Shown: positions 10,876 through 20,457, counted from the first letter of the stretch. The stretch is 64,000 nucleotides of DNA from Clostridium sp. CAG:492 (GCA_000434335.1 FR878232.1:5066-69065), one strand, 5' to 3'. A program made the numbers and translations. Notes: generated from the letters alone by a model not told the origin.

Positions 10876-10913
10876 CAAAAATTTCGACATTTTAGTACAT
10901 TAACATTTTTTTA

Positions 10914-10943
10914 TTGACTAAAAATAATTAATGTAGTAAAATT
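10914..10943 (+). promoter_or_regulatory. promoter-like TTGACT-N17-TAAAAT upstream of the VirB2-like paralog operon
   Basis: TTGACT at 10914-10919; TAAAAT 17 nt downstream. An ATGTAGT variant of the ATGTAAT motif lies in the spacer. Confidence 0.35.
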
Positions 10944-10986
10944 AAGATATAAACAAAATTTGTGTAGAGTAGGAGGAAGTAGTAAT

Positions 10987-11391
10987 ATGAAAAAAATAAT
11001 AAAAGTAATATTGTTATTAATTCTAGTATTATCTTTCTTATGTATATACACAAACAAATCTGTTTATGCTGTAATAGATCCAACAACATACACTCCGGAA
11101 GGATCAGTAGATAAAGATGTAGTTGTAAAATACGGTTCGAACATATCAAGTGCATTAACTGTAATTGGTATAGTAGTATCAGTAATATGTTTGAATATAG
11201 TTGGATTTATATTTATTGTATCAAGCCCATCAGGAAAAGCAGAATATCAAAAAAAATTAGTACCAATAGTAGTTGGAATATTAATTATGGCAATTATAAC
11301 AACAATAGTATCAGGTTTAGCATCTATAGGTGAAAGCCTTAATGGAGAAGATAATGTAGATTCTAGTTTTATAGGTCCAACAAAGCCATAG
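10987..11391 (+). CDS. VirB2/TrbC-like small membrane protein (putative T4SS pilin-like subunit), paralog 1
   Basis: Signal peptide then two TM helices separated by the loop SSPSGKAEYQKKLVPIVVG. RBS GGAGGAAG. Confidence 0.4.
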   Translation: MKKIIKVILLLILVLSFLCIYTNKSVYAVIDPTTYTPEGSVDKDVVVKYGSNISSALTVIGIVVSVICLNIVGFIFIVSSPSGKAEYQKKLVPIVVGILIMAIITTIVSGLASIGESLNGEDNVDSSFIGPTKP

Positions 11392-11406
11392 ACAGGGAGG
11401 TAGAAT

Positions 11407-11907
11407 ATGAAAATTATAAATAAAATAATAATTGCAATAATTGCAGTATTAATATTAATTTGTACATATATACCTTCAAATGCAAAAGCCGTTACGATGA
11501 AAAGTATAATTGAAGGTGGAGATATTTTTACACAAAGTGCATCAAATACTGAACTATTTAACGAGACAAATCAAAAAAGTGCTGTAGATGGTATTTATTA
11601 TATTCTACTTGGAGTAGGAATTGTATTAGCTGTTATAATAGGAATTGTATTAGGAATACAGTTTGTAACAACAGGTGTTACTGGACAAGCTAAAATAAAG
11701 GAAAAATTAATACCATATGCAATAGGATGTATAGTAATTTTTGGTGGATTTGGAATCTGGAGAGCTGTAATTAATATGTCGAATGAAGTATTAAATACAG
11801 AAAATACGGAAAATACGGAAACACAATATACTATGCCAGATTCATCTGGAGGTTCTTCTCATACAAGTACGGCTGGAGGCAGTCATGGAGGAGGTAGCTC
11901 TAGATAA
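11407..11907 (+). CDS. VirB2/TrbC-like small membrane protein, paralog 2 (Gly/Ser-rich C-terminal tail)
   Basis: Signal peptide and two TMs; loop motif GQAKIKEKLIPYAIG is homologous to paralogs 1 and 3. Confidence 0.4.
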   Translation: MKIINKIIIAIIAVLILICTYIPSNAKAVTMKSIIEGGDIFTQSASNTELFNETNQKSAVDGIYYILLGVGIVLAVIIGIVLGIQFVTTGVTGQAKIKEKLIPYAIGCIVIFGGFGIWRAVINMSNEVLNTENTENTETQYTMPDSSGGSSHTSTAGGSHGGGSSR

Positions 11908-11984
11908 TAAATTATGTTATTATTATTATTTTCTAAAAGGAAATAAGTTTAATAAATTATTAATTAATATGAGGAGGTTATTTT

Positions 11985-12356
11985 ATGAAAAAAAGCATTA
12001 AATTAATGTTAACAACACTACTAGCTGTTATGTTATTATTTAGTTTTTCACAACCAATGGTATTTGCCGCAGATTCAGGAGATATAATAAATAATTTGAC
12101 AAGTAATGATGAAAATATTATAAAGAATGGCGCAGGCAAAGTTACAGATATAGGTTCAAAAATAATGACTTGGATGTGGATAATATCAATAGTAGTTGCA
12201 GTTATAGTATTAATGTACACAGGACTTAAATTCATCGTAGGAAGTACTCAAGAAAAGGCCGAGTACAAAAAATCATTAATGCCTTTAGTTGTAGGTGTAA
12301 TTATATTAGTATTTGCAACAACAATAGTAAATGTAATATTTTCAATTAATAGTTAG
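11985..12356 (+). CDS. VirB2/TrbC-like small membrane protein, paralog 3
   Basis: Signal peptide; TQEKAEYKKSLMPLVVG loop between two TMs. Confidence 0.4.
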   Translation: MKKSIKLMLTTLLAVMLLFSFSQPMVFAADSGDIINNLTSNDENIIKNGAGKVTDIGSKIMTWMWIISIVVAVIVLMYTGLKFIVGSTQEKAEYKKSLMPLVVGVIILVFATTIVNVIFSINS

Positions 12357-12383
12357 TATAATTATTAATTTAACAACAGATAA

Positions 12384-12420
12384 AAATAGAAAACTTGAAC
12401 AGTTTTCTATTTTTTTTATA
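12384..12420 (+). terminator. rho-independent terminator after the pilin-like operon
   Basis: AATAGAAAAC...GTTTTCTATT hairpin plus a T8 run. Confidence 0.55.
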
Positions 12421-12470
12421 TAAAAAATATCTAATCTTAGGGAAATAAATTAATTGAACATAATTAAAAA

Positions 12471-12530
12471 AATATGTAAAAAAAGAATAGAAAATGTAAT
12501 AAAAATGTAACCAAAATGAAAAAAATGTGG
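12471..12530 (+). promoter_or_regulatory. cluster of ATGTAAT-type direct repeats (includes AAAATGTAATAAAAATGTAAC) upstream of the T4SS core operon
   Basis: ATGT-containing repeats at 12475, 12494, 12505 and 12524. Same motif as upstream of the three adhesin genes. Confidence 0.5.
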
Positions 12531-12633
12531 ATTATAAGGTTTGCGTAAATATTATAATAAAAAAATATATATTTAAGCATTTGACAAAAAAATAATAACC
12601 TGTAAAAATATATAACAAAAGGAGGACACTATT

Positions 12634-13074
12634 ATGGGTATGTATGAAATTCCAAGAAATACAAAAGGTGAAGGAAGAATTTTATATATTTTTTCTACTA
12701 AGGCACTAATATATACAGTAGGAGGAATATTAATAGGAGTTGTATTTAAATGGTTAATTGGTTTAATTGGAAAAGCAGTACCTTCAGCAGCATCAGTTGT
12801 AAATGTAATTGGAATTGCTTTAATCGTAATATTTGCCTTAGTAGGTTTTGCTCTTGGAACATTTAAAGTACCACAAATAGATAAATTTGAGATAACAAGA
12901 AAAGCAGGCGGAATAAGTTTAGATACAGTAGTAAAAGAATATATAAAATTTCACATAAACAAGAATAGATATTATACATATGATACAAGTGATTTAATAA
13001 AAGAAGAAATAGAAAGAAAAGAAAAAGAAGACAAAAAGGCAGAAGAAGAGAAACTTAGAAAGGAGAAAAAATAA
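12634..13074 (+). CDS. VirB3-like small T4SS membrane protein (PrgI/Orf17-like)
   Basis: 146 aa, two TM helices, directly upstream of VirB4. Translationally coupled (TAATG) to the next gene. Confidence 0.45.
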   Translation: MGMYEIPRNTKGEGRILYIFSTKALIYTVGGILIGVVFKWLIGLIGKAVPSAASVVNVIGIALIVIFALVGFALGTFKVPQIDKFEITRKAGGISLDTVVKEYIKFHINKNRYYTYDTSDLIKEEIERKEKEDKKAEEEKLRKEKK

Positions 13075-14390
13075 TGAGTGGTGATGGAATTATACAAATA
13101 CTTATTGCAGGAATTGCAATAATAATAGTTGTGTTAGTTTGTGTACTAGCATATATCTACGTGAAAGATAAAATAAAGGAAAAATCAGAAAACATTGAAA
13201 TTTCTCCTGAAACAAAAAAAGAAGATAAAAGCGACAAAAAATCTGTGTTTAGATTTATGGAATTTGATTCAATAGAAGACAATATGATAATTCAAGACGG
13301 TGGAAGTAGATATTTAATGGTAATTGAATGTAAAGGTATAAATTATGATTTGTTATCAGGTATTGAAAAAACGAGTGTTGAACAGGGGTTCTTACAGTTT
13401 TTAAATACATTAAAATATGAAATTCAAATATATATACAAACAAGGAAAGTAAATTTAAATCAAAGTATATTAGCATATAAAGAAAGAGTTGAAAAAATTA
13501 AGGAATCATTAAGATATGAAGAAGCTAAACTAGAGGATATGCAAAGAATAGGTGGAAGCACAAGAGCAGAAATATTAAAACAAATAAAAGAAGTTACTAA
13601 AAAAAGAAATTTATATGATTATGCACAGGATTTAATACAAACTACAGAGCAAATGTCAGAAGATAAAGATATTACAACAAAACAATATTATATAGTTATA
13701 CCATATTATACTGAAGAAATTACATCTGCAGGTGATTATGATAAAAGAGAAATTGGAACAATGGCGTTTTCTGAATTGTATACAAGAGCACAATCTTTGG
13801 CAAATGGTCTTTCAGAATGTGATGTAAGAGGAAGAATATTAACTTCACAAGAGCTAATAGAATTATTGTATGTAGCATATAACAGAGAGCAACACGATAT
13901 ATATGATTTTGATGAGTATTTAAGTGAATCTTGTTACCAATCGTTATATTCTGTTTCTGAAGATATTTTAGATAAAAGAATGAAAGCAATTGATGAAGAA
14001 ATTGAAAAAAAGGCAAATCAAAAAGCTATATATGCATTTGAAATGGCATCAGATGAAGTTAGAAGACGTAAAGCAGTAATTGATGAAAGAGAAAAAAGAA
14101 TTAAAGAACAAATAAATAAAAGAGCAGATGAATTAGTAAACGAACAAGAAGGAATAATGGGTTCAGAGCTAACTAAAATGACAAAAGAAAATTTAAAAAA
14201 GATGACAGAGCGAGACAAAAAAGAAGAGGAAAAAGTAGATGCAGAAAAGAAAAAAGTAAGAAAGTTAACAGAGGAAGAGCGAAAACGAAGATTGGCAATA
14301 CGAAAAAGAAAATTAATGAAAGAGAGGGAGAAAAATGGCATTATTCAAAAAGAAAATAGCACAGGAAGTAAATCAAGCAAACAAGATTGA
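13074..14390 (+). CDS. T4SS membrane protein with a VirB4 N-terminal (TrbE/CagE-type) domain and a KE-rich coiled-coil tail
   Basis: N-terminal TM. DNMIIQDGGSRYLMVIECKGINYDLLSGIEKTSVEQGFLQFLNTLKYEIQIY matches the VirB4 N-domain pattern (kDGS...G.D......E...Ln.L). Confidence 0.45.
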   Translation: MSGDGIIQILIAGIAIIIVVLVCVLAYIYVKDKIKEKSENIEISPETKKEDKSDKKSVFRFMEFDSIEDNMIIQDGGSRYLMVIECKGINYDLLSGIEKTSVEQGFLQFLNTLKYEIQIYIQTRKVNLNQSILAYKERVEKIKESLRYEEAKLEDMQRIGGSTRAEILKQIKEVTKKRNLYDYAQDLIQTTEQMSEDKDITTKQYYIVIPYYTEEITSAGDYDKREIGTMAFSELYTRAQSLANGLSECDVRGRILTSQELIELLYVAYNREQHDIYDFDEYLSESCYQSLYSVSEDILDKRMKAIDEEIEKKANQKAIYAFEMASDEVRRRKAVIDEREKRIKEQINKRADELVNEQEGIMGSELTKMTKENLKKMTERDKKEEEKVDAEKKKVRKLTEEERKRRLAIRKRKLMKEREKNGIIQKENSTGSKSSKQD

Positions 14391-16302
14391 TGAAGAAGCA
14401 AGAAAAAGAATAATAAGAAGAAAAACAATAAAAGAAATGATAGCACCAACAGGTATTGATGCCTCAAGCCTAGATCACTTAGAAATAATTTCAAATATAA
14501 ATAGATATGCACGAAGCTTTTTCGTGGCCAATTTACCACGTATGTGTACATTCCCAGAGCTATTTAGAAGTATGTATATGTTTGGTGATATAAACACATC
14601 TGTTTATATAAGTCCAATTTTGGAATCAAAATCGCAAAACGATTTAAACAGAGTAATAAATGAGCTAGAAACAGAGAGAATTTTAGCTGAAGATAGAGGA
14701 AATATAAACAGAGCAAGATTACTTGCACAAAAAAGAATGGAAACAGAAGATTTAAGAGACGAGATAGCAGCAGGATTTAATAAAATGTTTGAAGCAACAA
14801 TTGTTTCTACATTATTTGCGTATGATTTAAAAACTTTAGATACATATACAAGATTACTTTCTACAGAAATGGCCAAAAGTTTAGTTGATTTAAAGTCAAC
14901 TTGGGCAAACCAAGAGCAAGGTTTTCAAACTAATTTGCCATTAATGAGAAAGAAAATAGATGAAAAACATTTATTTGATAGAGGATCAATGGGAACCGTA
15001 TTTCCATTTGTAACAAGTGAAATAGGTCACCCAACTGGAATACCTCTAGGATATAATGCACAAACAGGAACTCCAATTTTATTCGATAATTTTCATGAGT
15101 CATTAACAAATTACAATATGGTTATTTTTGCAAAATCTGGTGCTGGTAAATCTGTAACAATGAAAACTTTAGTTTCTAGATCAGCAGTACTTATGGGAAT
15201 TGAAAGTTTAGCCTTAGATGCAGAAGGCGAGTATTCTGTAGTTGCTGAAAGTTTAGGCGGAATAAATGTTGTTATAAGCCCAAATTCGGATACTATAATT
15301 AATTTATTTGACTTAGAAACAGAAACTGTAAAAGATGAAATATTAGGTACAGAGCGAACTGTTTTAAATATTGAAAGTAAAATTGAAGATGTTACCCAAG
15401 CACTAGTTACTATGGCAAAAGGTAGTACAAAAAGTACAGAAGTAAATGAACTTACAAAACAAATAATTGCAGAGTCTGTAGCTGATGAATATGCAAGACT
15501 TGGAATAACAAATGATCCATCAAGTTTATATGAAAGTGAAGCTTCAAAAGTAGTAAATGGAGAAATAGTTAGACCAAAAAAGAAAATGCCAACTATAGGT
15601 TCGTGGTACAGACAAATACAAGAAAAAGCTGCTAATAATACAAACTCAGATTATCAGTTTCATTACAGTTATTTAATAAAGGTAATGAAACAATATGTAA
15701 GAGAGTATGATGGTCAAATGGCATATTTTGATGGACAGTCAACATTTGAATTACTAGAAGGAGCACCATTTATTAACCTAGATATTTCTGCACTAGAAGA
15801 AAGATTTGCAAGACCATTAGCACAACAAATTTTATTATCTTGGATTTGGGAGAAATTTGTAAAAAAGAATAGTGAAGATAGAAAGAAGGCAAGAAAAAAA
15901 CGTGTTTTAGTTGATGAGGCTTGGATGTTACTTCCGTATCCAGAAGCTGTAGACTTTTTAAATACAATGGCAAGACGTGCAAGAAAAAGAAATGTATCTT
16001 TAGCTGTTATATCACAGAGATTTCAGGACTTTTACGAAAAACAAGAAGTACAGGCTGTTCTTACATCATCAGAAACGAAGTTGTTTTTAGCACAAGATAA
16101 GTCTGAAATAGAGTATTTGAAAGAAGTGTTTAAGTTAAGCGAAGGTGAAGCCAACTTTTTAATAACTTGCCAAATAGGACAAGGGTTATTGAAAGTCGGT
16201 CAAGATACAGCAATAATTACAATTAGACCAACAGCAAAAGAATTTCAATTTATGGAAACTAACTTAAACAAAGTAATTGCCCAAAAATATGGAGCTTATT
16301 GA
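14335..16302 (+). CDS. VirB4-family T4SS ATPase
   Basis: Walker A FAKSGAGKSVT; Walker B RVLVDEAWML; N-terminal IAPTGIDASSLDHLEI...RSFFVANLP region typical of Gram-positive VirB4. Confidence 0.75.
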   Translation: MALFKKKIAQEVNQANKIDEEARKRIIRRKTIKEMIAPTGIDASSLDHLEIISNINRYARSFFVANLPRMCTFPELFRSMYMFGDINTSVYISPILESKSQNDLNRVINELETERILAEDRGNINRARLLAQKRMETEDLRDEIAAGFNKMFEATIVSTLFAYDLKTLDTYTRLLSTEMAKSLVDLKSTWANQEQGFQTNLPLMRKKIDEKHLFDRGSMGTVFPFVTSEIGHPTGIPLGYNAQTGTPILFDNFHESLTNYNMVIFAKSGAGKSVTMKTLVSRSAVLMGIESLALDAEGEYSVVAESLGGINVVISPNSDTIINLFDLETETVKDEILGTERTVLNIESKIEDVTQALVTMAKGSTKSTEVNELTKQIIAESVADEYARLGITNDPSSLYESEASKVVNGEIVRPKKKMPTIGSWYRQIQEKAANNTNSDYQFHYSYLIKVMKQYVREYDGQMAYFDGQSTFELLEGAPFINLDISALEERFARPLAQQILLSWIWEKFVKKNSEDRKKARKKRVLVDEAWMLLPYPEAVDFLNTMARRARKRNVSLAVISQRFQDFYEKQEVQAVLTSSETKLFLAQDKSEIEYLKEVFKLSEGEANFLITCQIGQGLLKVGQDTAIITIRPTAKEFQFMETNLNKVIAQKYGAY

Positions 16303-16384
16303 TGTTTAGAATACGTAATATATTGACAAATGCTGGCGAACAATGTAAAATTAAAGTAATGATTATTTTAGATCGGAGAGAATA

Positions 16385-19300
16385 ATGAAAAATAGTAAAT
16401 TAGTTAACAAATTTAAAAAAATATTAATAACTGTTTTATGTATTATTACAGTTTTTTTCTCTATGCCAGTAAAAGCTAAAGCTGATGCAGGAGTATTAGA
16501 AAGCGTAGCATCATTTTTATTATTAGTACCTGATGGAATACAATTATTATTAAATACATTTGTTAGTGATGAAACTGAGGATGTTAAATTTCTTATTAGA
16601 TTACAGGTAATAGATAAGAACGCTAATTTATTTACTAATGATACGGGAAGTTTATATAATATAGAAGTAACTCCGTATGATATTTTTACAGCAGGAACGC
16701 CAACATTATACGGTGAATTGATAGAGAAACGAGACGAAATAAATTATAGTGTTCAAAACGGAGAAATGACGACCGCAGATGCGGTAGCAACTATAAAGGA
16801 AAATGTTGAATCTACTGAACCGGAAGCATTTATGACGAAAAGTTTAGTTAAAATGCCTTTATTAGATGCAAATTTTTTTAAAAAAACAACGAATAGCTCG
16901 TCAAGTTCTGATGAACAGGTGAATTCTGCAGATGTTCTAAGACCGGTAGTTGCAAATGTATATAAAAACTTAAGAAATTTTGTATTAATAATAATGCTTG
17001 CAATATTACTTTACACTGGGATAAGAATAATAGTATCTTCAGCTGTTTCTGAACAGGTTAAATATAAACAATATTTGGTTAATTGGGTTGTTGGAATATG
17101 CCTAATATTTTTAATGCAATATATAATGAGTGCAATTATGAATGTAACAACGATAGTAAATAAAATGTTAATTACTAATACAGATGGAGAGAGTTATAGA
17201 ATTGGATTTGGAACAAAAGATTCCAAAGCAGCTTCTGTTTTTAGAACAATTGCAAAACCTTATAATATGAGTGAAAAAGAGCAAGCACAACGAGATGCAT
17301 ATGAGAAAAGTCTCGAATCGCCACCGACATCTGTTAAACTTAGTGATGATTTCCAGTATAACAATCCCAATCTTGCTACCCAGTATTTATCGGCTTGGTT
17401 GAATAAAAAAGCCGATGATGAAAACAAGAATAATGGTGATGGATGGACAGAATTAGCTAACAGTGATGACGAAAAGATATCGAATTTTGTAAATAGAAAA
17501 ATAGAAATTGCGGATAATGGGGCAATATTCATATTTGATAAAGACAATAAAACAGTTTATGATTATACTGCAGATATCTCGCAAACACCTATTAAGATTA
17601 ACGCTGGAATATACGATGAAAGTGTGAATGGATTTAGAGCTATATATAAGTGTAATATTGCTGAATTTTGCAGGACAATAACAACTTTCTCATCAAAATA
17701 TACACATTTATATAACAATAAAAAGACAATGATTATGACAGATTCAAGTGAAGAAAAGGAAAATGATTATGCTGTAGGAGCTTTTTGGGGATATGCATTT
17801 TTATATATATTGATTACTATAGAAACAGTTGTATTTTTATATAAATATTTAAAAAGAGTAATTTGGTTGGCGTTTTTGACAATGATAGCACCATTAATTG
17901 CAGTTATGTATTCAGTTGACAAAATTGGAGATGGAAAAGCGCAAACTTTTAATATGTGGTTCAAAGAATATTTATTTAATTCATTAATACAACCATTACA
18001 TTTATTGTTATATACTATATTTTTAGGTGCTTCAATGGAATTAATGGCAAGCAATGTAATTTATGCAATAGTTGCATATGCGTTTATGATACCAGCCGAA
18101 AAATTCTTTAAGAAAATGTTCGGATTTGATAAAGCATCAACACCAGGAGGTCTTGGAAGTCCAGCAGCAGGAATGATGGCAATGAGAGGATTAGATAAAT
18201 TAGGTGGATTTGGCCCTCACGGAAAAGGTGCTAAAGGCGGAAAAGATGCAGGCAAAACTAAAATACCATTAGCAAAAGGTAAACTTGGAGGTGGTGGACT
18301 TGCTCCAGCTGGTCCTACTGGAGCAGCTGGAGCAGCCGGAGCAACACCACTTACAGCAGCAAGAACAGGAGCAGGAGGAGCAACAGCCGGAGCAGCAGCT
18401 GGAAGTGCAGCCACTGGAAGTGCTTCTGCAGCCGCAGGTGCAGGAACAGCTGGAGGGTCAAGAAGATTAAGATCTGCAGGAGGAATTTCCTCTGGCACAG
18501 CCGGAAAAGCAAGACGAAGAGGTTCTAGTAGTGTTTTAGGCGGAATGGGTAGAGCATTAGGAAATAGAACAGCAATGAGAATAACTGGAGGTAAAAGTGC
18601 TACCTTAGGTCAAGCCTTTACAACAAGAGCTGGCTTAGCAGGTATGGCAAAAAATGGATTTAATTTTGCAGCAAGACAAATAGGCAGAACTGCTGGCGGT
18701 ATAGGAGGCTCATTAATTGGACTAGGAGTTGGAGCAGTAAGTGGAGCATTAGGAACAGCATTAACTGGAGAAGATAAATTTTCAGATGCTGTTCAAAAGG
18801 GATTATTAGCCGGAAGTGCAGCTGGAGCTAATAGAGGAACTCAATTTACAGATTGGTCAACTGGTGGAGTTGAAGATTTGTATGGTGAAGGTAGAAGATA
18901 TGCAGCAATTGATCCTGAGGATGAAAAACAACTTGAAAGAGCTGCTAGATTAAAAGCAGAAGATTGGAGCCAAGAACATATGTCTGAGGTAAGTACATTA
19001 TCAGCAGATGAATATAAAGAGAAAATGGACTTCGCAGAAGAGGCATTTAAATATACTGATGATATTGAAGATTTAGATCAATTAGAGAGAATGCAAGGAT
19101 ATTCTACTGATGCAAGTGGAAAAATAGATGAAGATAAATTCGCAGAAGCTATAGATTATGAGAAGATAACAAAGAGATTTGGTGATTTCAATGTGGATGC
19201 TAAGAAGAAAGACAATTACACTACATATAGAGCTCGCGAAATTGCTGATGGATTTAAAAATGGTACAATACAATTTAATCAAACAGAAATGACCAAAATA

Positions 19301-19405
19301 AATGGTGCAACAACAGAAGCAGATAAAGAAAAATTCATAAAAGAAATTGCAAAAGAATATGCAACAAATGAAGCAGATATAATAGCAAGATATCAAAATG
19401 GATAA
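16385..19405 (+). CDS. VirB6/TrbL-like polytopic T4SS channel protein with a Gly/Ala-rich low-complexity insert
   Basis: Signal peptide; at least 5 TM helices in the middle (TcpH/Orf15-like). A ~130-aa G/A-rich GC-rich segment follows, then an acidic C-terminal domain. Confidence 0.5.
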   Translation: MKNSKLVNKFKKILITVLCIITVFFSMPVKAKADAGVLESVASFLLLVPDGIQLLLNTFVSDETEDVKFLIRLQVIDKNANLFTNDTGSLYNIEVTPYDIFTAGTPTLYGELIEKRDEINYSVQNGEMTTADAVATIKENVESTEPEAFMTKSLVKMPLLDANFFKKTTNSSSSSDEQVNSADVLRPVVANVYKNLRNFVLIIMLAILLYTGIRIIVSSAVSEQVKYKQYLVNWVVGICLIFLMQYIMSAIMNVTTIVNKMLITNTDGESYRIGFGTKDSKAASVFRTIAKPYNMSEKEQAQRDAYEKSLESPPTSVKLSDDFQYNNPNLATQYLSAWLNKKADDENKNNGDGWTELANSDDEKISNFVNRKIEIADNGAIFIFDKDNKTVYDYTADISQTPIKINAGIYDESVNGFRAIYKCNIAEFCRTITTFSSKYTHLYNNKKTMIMTDSSEEKENDYAVGAFWGYAFLYILITIETVVFLYKYLKRVIWLAFLTMIAPLIAVMYSVDKIGDGKAQTFNMWFKEYLFNSLIQPLHLLLYTIFLGASMELMASNVIYAIVAYAFMIPAEKFFKKMFGFDKASTPGGLGSPAAGMMAMRGLDKLGGFGPHGKGAKGGKDAGKTKIPLAKGKLGGGGLAPAGPTGAAGAAGATPLTAARTGAGGATAGAAAGSAATGSASAAAGAGTAGGSRRLRSAGGISSGTAGKARRRGSSSVLGGMGRALGNRTAMRITGGKSATLGQAFTTRAGLAGMAKNGFNFAARQIGRTAGGIGGSLIGLGVGAVSGALGTALTGEDKFSDAVQKGLLAGSAAGANRGTQFTDWSTGGVEDLYGEGRRYAAIDPEDEKQLERAARLKAEDWSQEHMSEVSTLSADEYKEKMDFAEEAFKYTDDIEDLDQLERMQGYSTDASGKIDEDKFAEAIDYEKITKRFGDFNVDAKKKDNYTTYRAREIADGFKNGTIQFNQTEMTKINGATTEADKEKFIKEIAKEYATNEADIIARYQNG

Positions 19406-19415
19406 GAGGTAAAAT

Positions 19416-20426
19416 ATGTTTAAATTTTTAGATTATTTTAAAGATAATAGAAAAAAAGTAATAATAGTAATAGCGTGTGTATTGTTAATAATATACGCAA
19501 TAAAAACGTATTTTGACTATAATGAAAAAAATGAGTACAATGAAAGCAATAGCAGTAGTAGTAATAATACTACTGCTATTGTTAAAAATAATGATATTAC
19601 TAATACGAATGATAATAATATAAATCAAACAGAAAATATAGTAAAAATAGGATCTGAAAATGAGGCAGTAGAAAAGTTTGTAAACTATTGTAATAATTAT
19701 AATATAGAAACAGCATACAATATGCTAACAGATGAATGTAAAAAGTTATTATATACAAATAAAGAGGATTTTGAAAACAAATATGTAAAAAGTTTGTTTG
19801 ATAAAAAAAGAACATATCAAATTGAAAAAGTATTACAATCAAGTTCTACAGATAATGTATATAAACTTATTTTGTCTGAAGATCCAATAAACAAAGGAAA
19901 AGTAGATGAAAGTAATAATAAAATTGATTACATAACTATAGTTAATACAAATGGAACATATAAACTAAATATTTCTGGTTTTATAAAATCAGAAAGCATA
20001 AATTCAAGTAATCAAAATACTTATATGCAAATTAGTGTGTCAAGCAAATTAATATTTGTAGATTATGAAATTTATAACATTACTGCAAAAAATAATATAT
20101 TAGTAGATGCAGTTCTTGACAATATGGAAAACAATATAAAAACATATATTGAGGATGAAGATGGTAATAAATTTAGAATTATAAATGATGAATATACAGC
20201 TGAAACAACGAGAGTTCAAAATGGTAAGGAAGCAAGTTTTAGTTTAAAATTTGATAGGAAATATTCAAGTAATAATAAAGAAATTAAAAAAATAGTTTTT
20301 TCAAGAATTAATATAATAAACAGAAATTATTATCAAAAGATATTTGATCCAGAAAACAAAACAACAAGTTATAAAGAGCAAATGTCTACATATCCTAAAT
20401 ATTTGAGCTTGGAGGTAGAGCTATAG
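19416..20426 (+). CDS. membrane-anchored T4SS protein, possibly TcpC/Orf13 (VirB8-like) family
   Basis: N-terminal TM, 336 aa. Size, topology and position match TcpC-like proteins; no strong motif. Confidence 0.3.
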   Translation: MFKFLDYFKDNRKKVIIVIACVLLIIYAIKTYFDYNEKNEYNESNSSSSNNTTAIVKNNDITNTNDNNINQTENIVKIGSENEAVEKFVNYCNNYNIETAYNMLTDECKKLLYTNKEDFENKYVKSLFDKKRTYQIEKVLQSSSTDNVYKLILSEDPINKGKVDESNNKIDYITIVNTNGTYKLNISGFIKSESINSSNQNTYMQISVSSKLIFVDYEIYNITAKNNILVDAVLDNMENNIKTYIEDEDGNKFRIINDEYTAETTRVQNGKEASFSLKFDRKYSSNNKEIKKIVFSRINIINRNYYQKIFDPENKTTSYKEQMSTYPKYLSLEVEL

Positions 20427-20457
20427 AATAAAAATGACCAGGAAAGGAGGTAAGGCT

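Noticed and set aside
18217-18498. ORFs on both strands (18217-18498 minus, 18285-18470 plus) encoding Pro/Ala- or Gln/Glu-rich peptides
   Set aside because: They lie entirely within the GC-rich Gly/Ala low-complexity segment of the VirB6-like gene. Frame artefacts of the repeat.
20434-20457. Upstream ATG (MTRKGGKA-) for the hydrolase gene
   Set aside because: The strong RBS AGGAAAGGAGG sits inside this extension and is positioned for the ATG at 20458.
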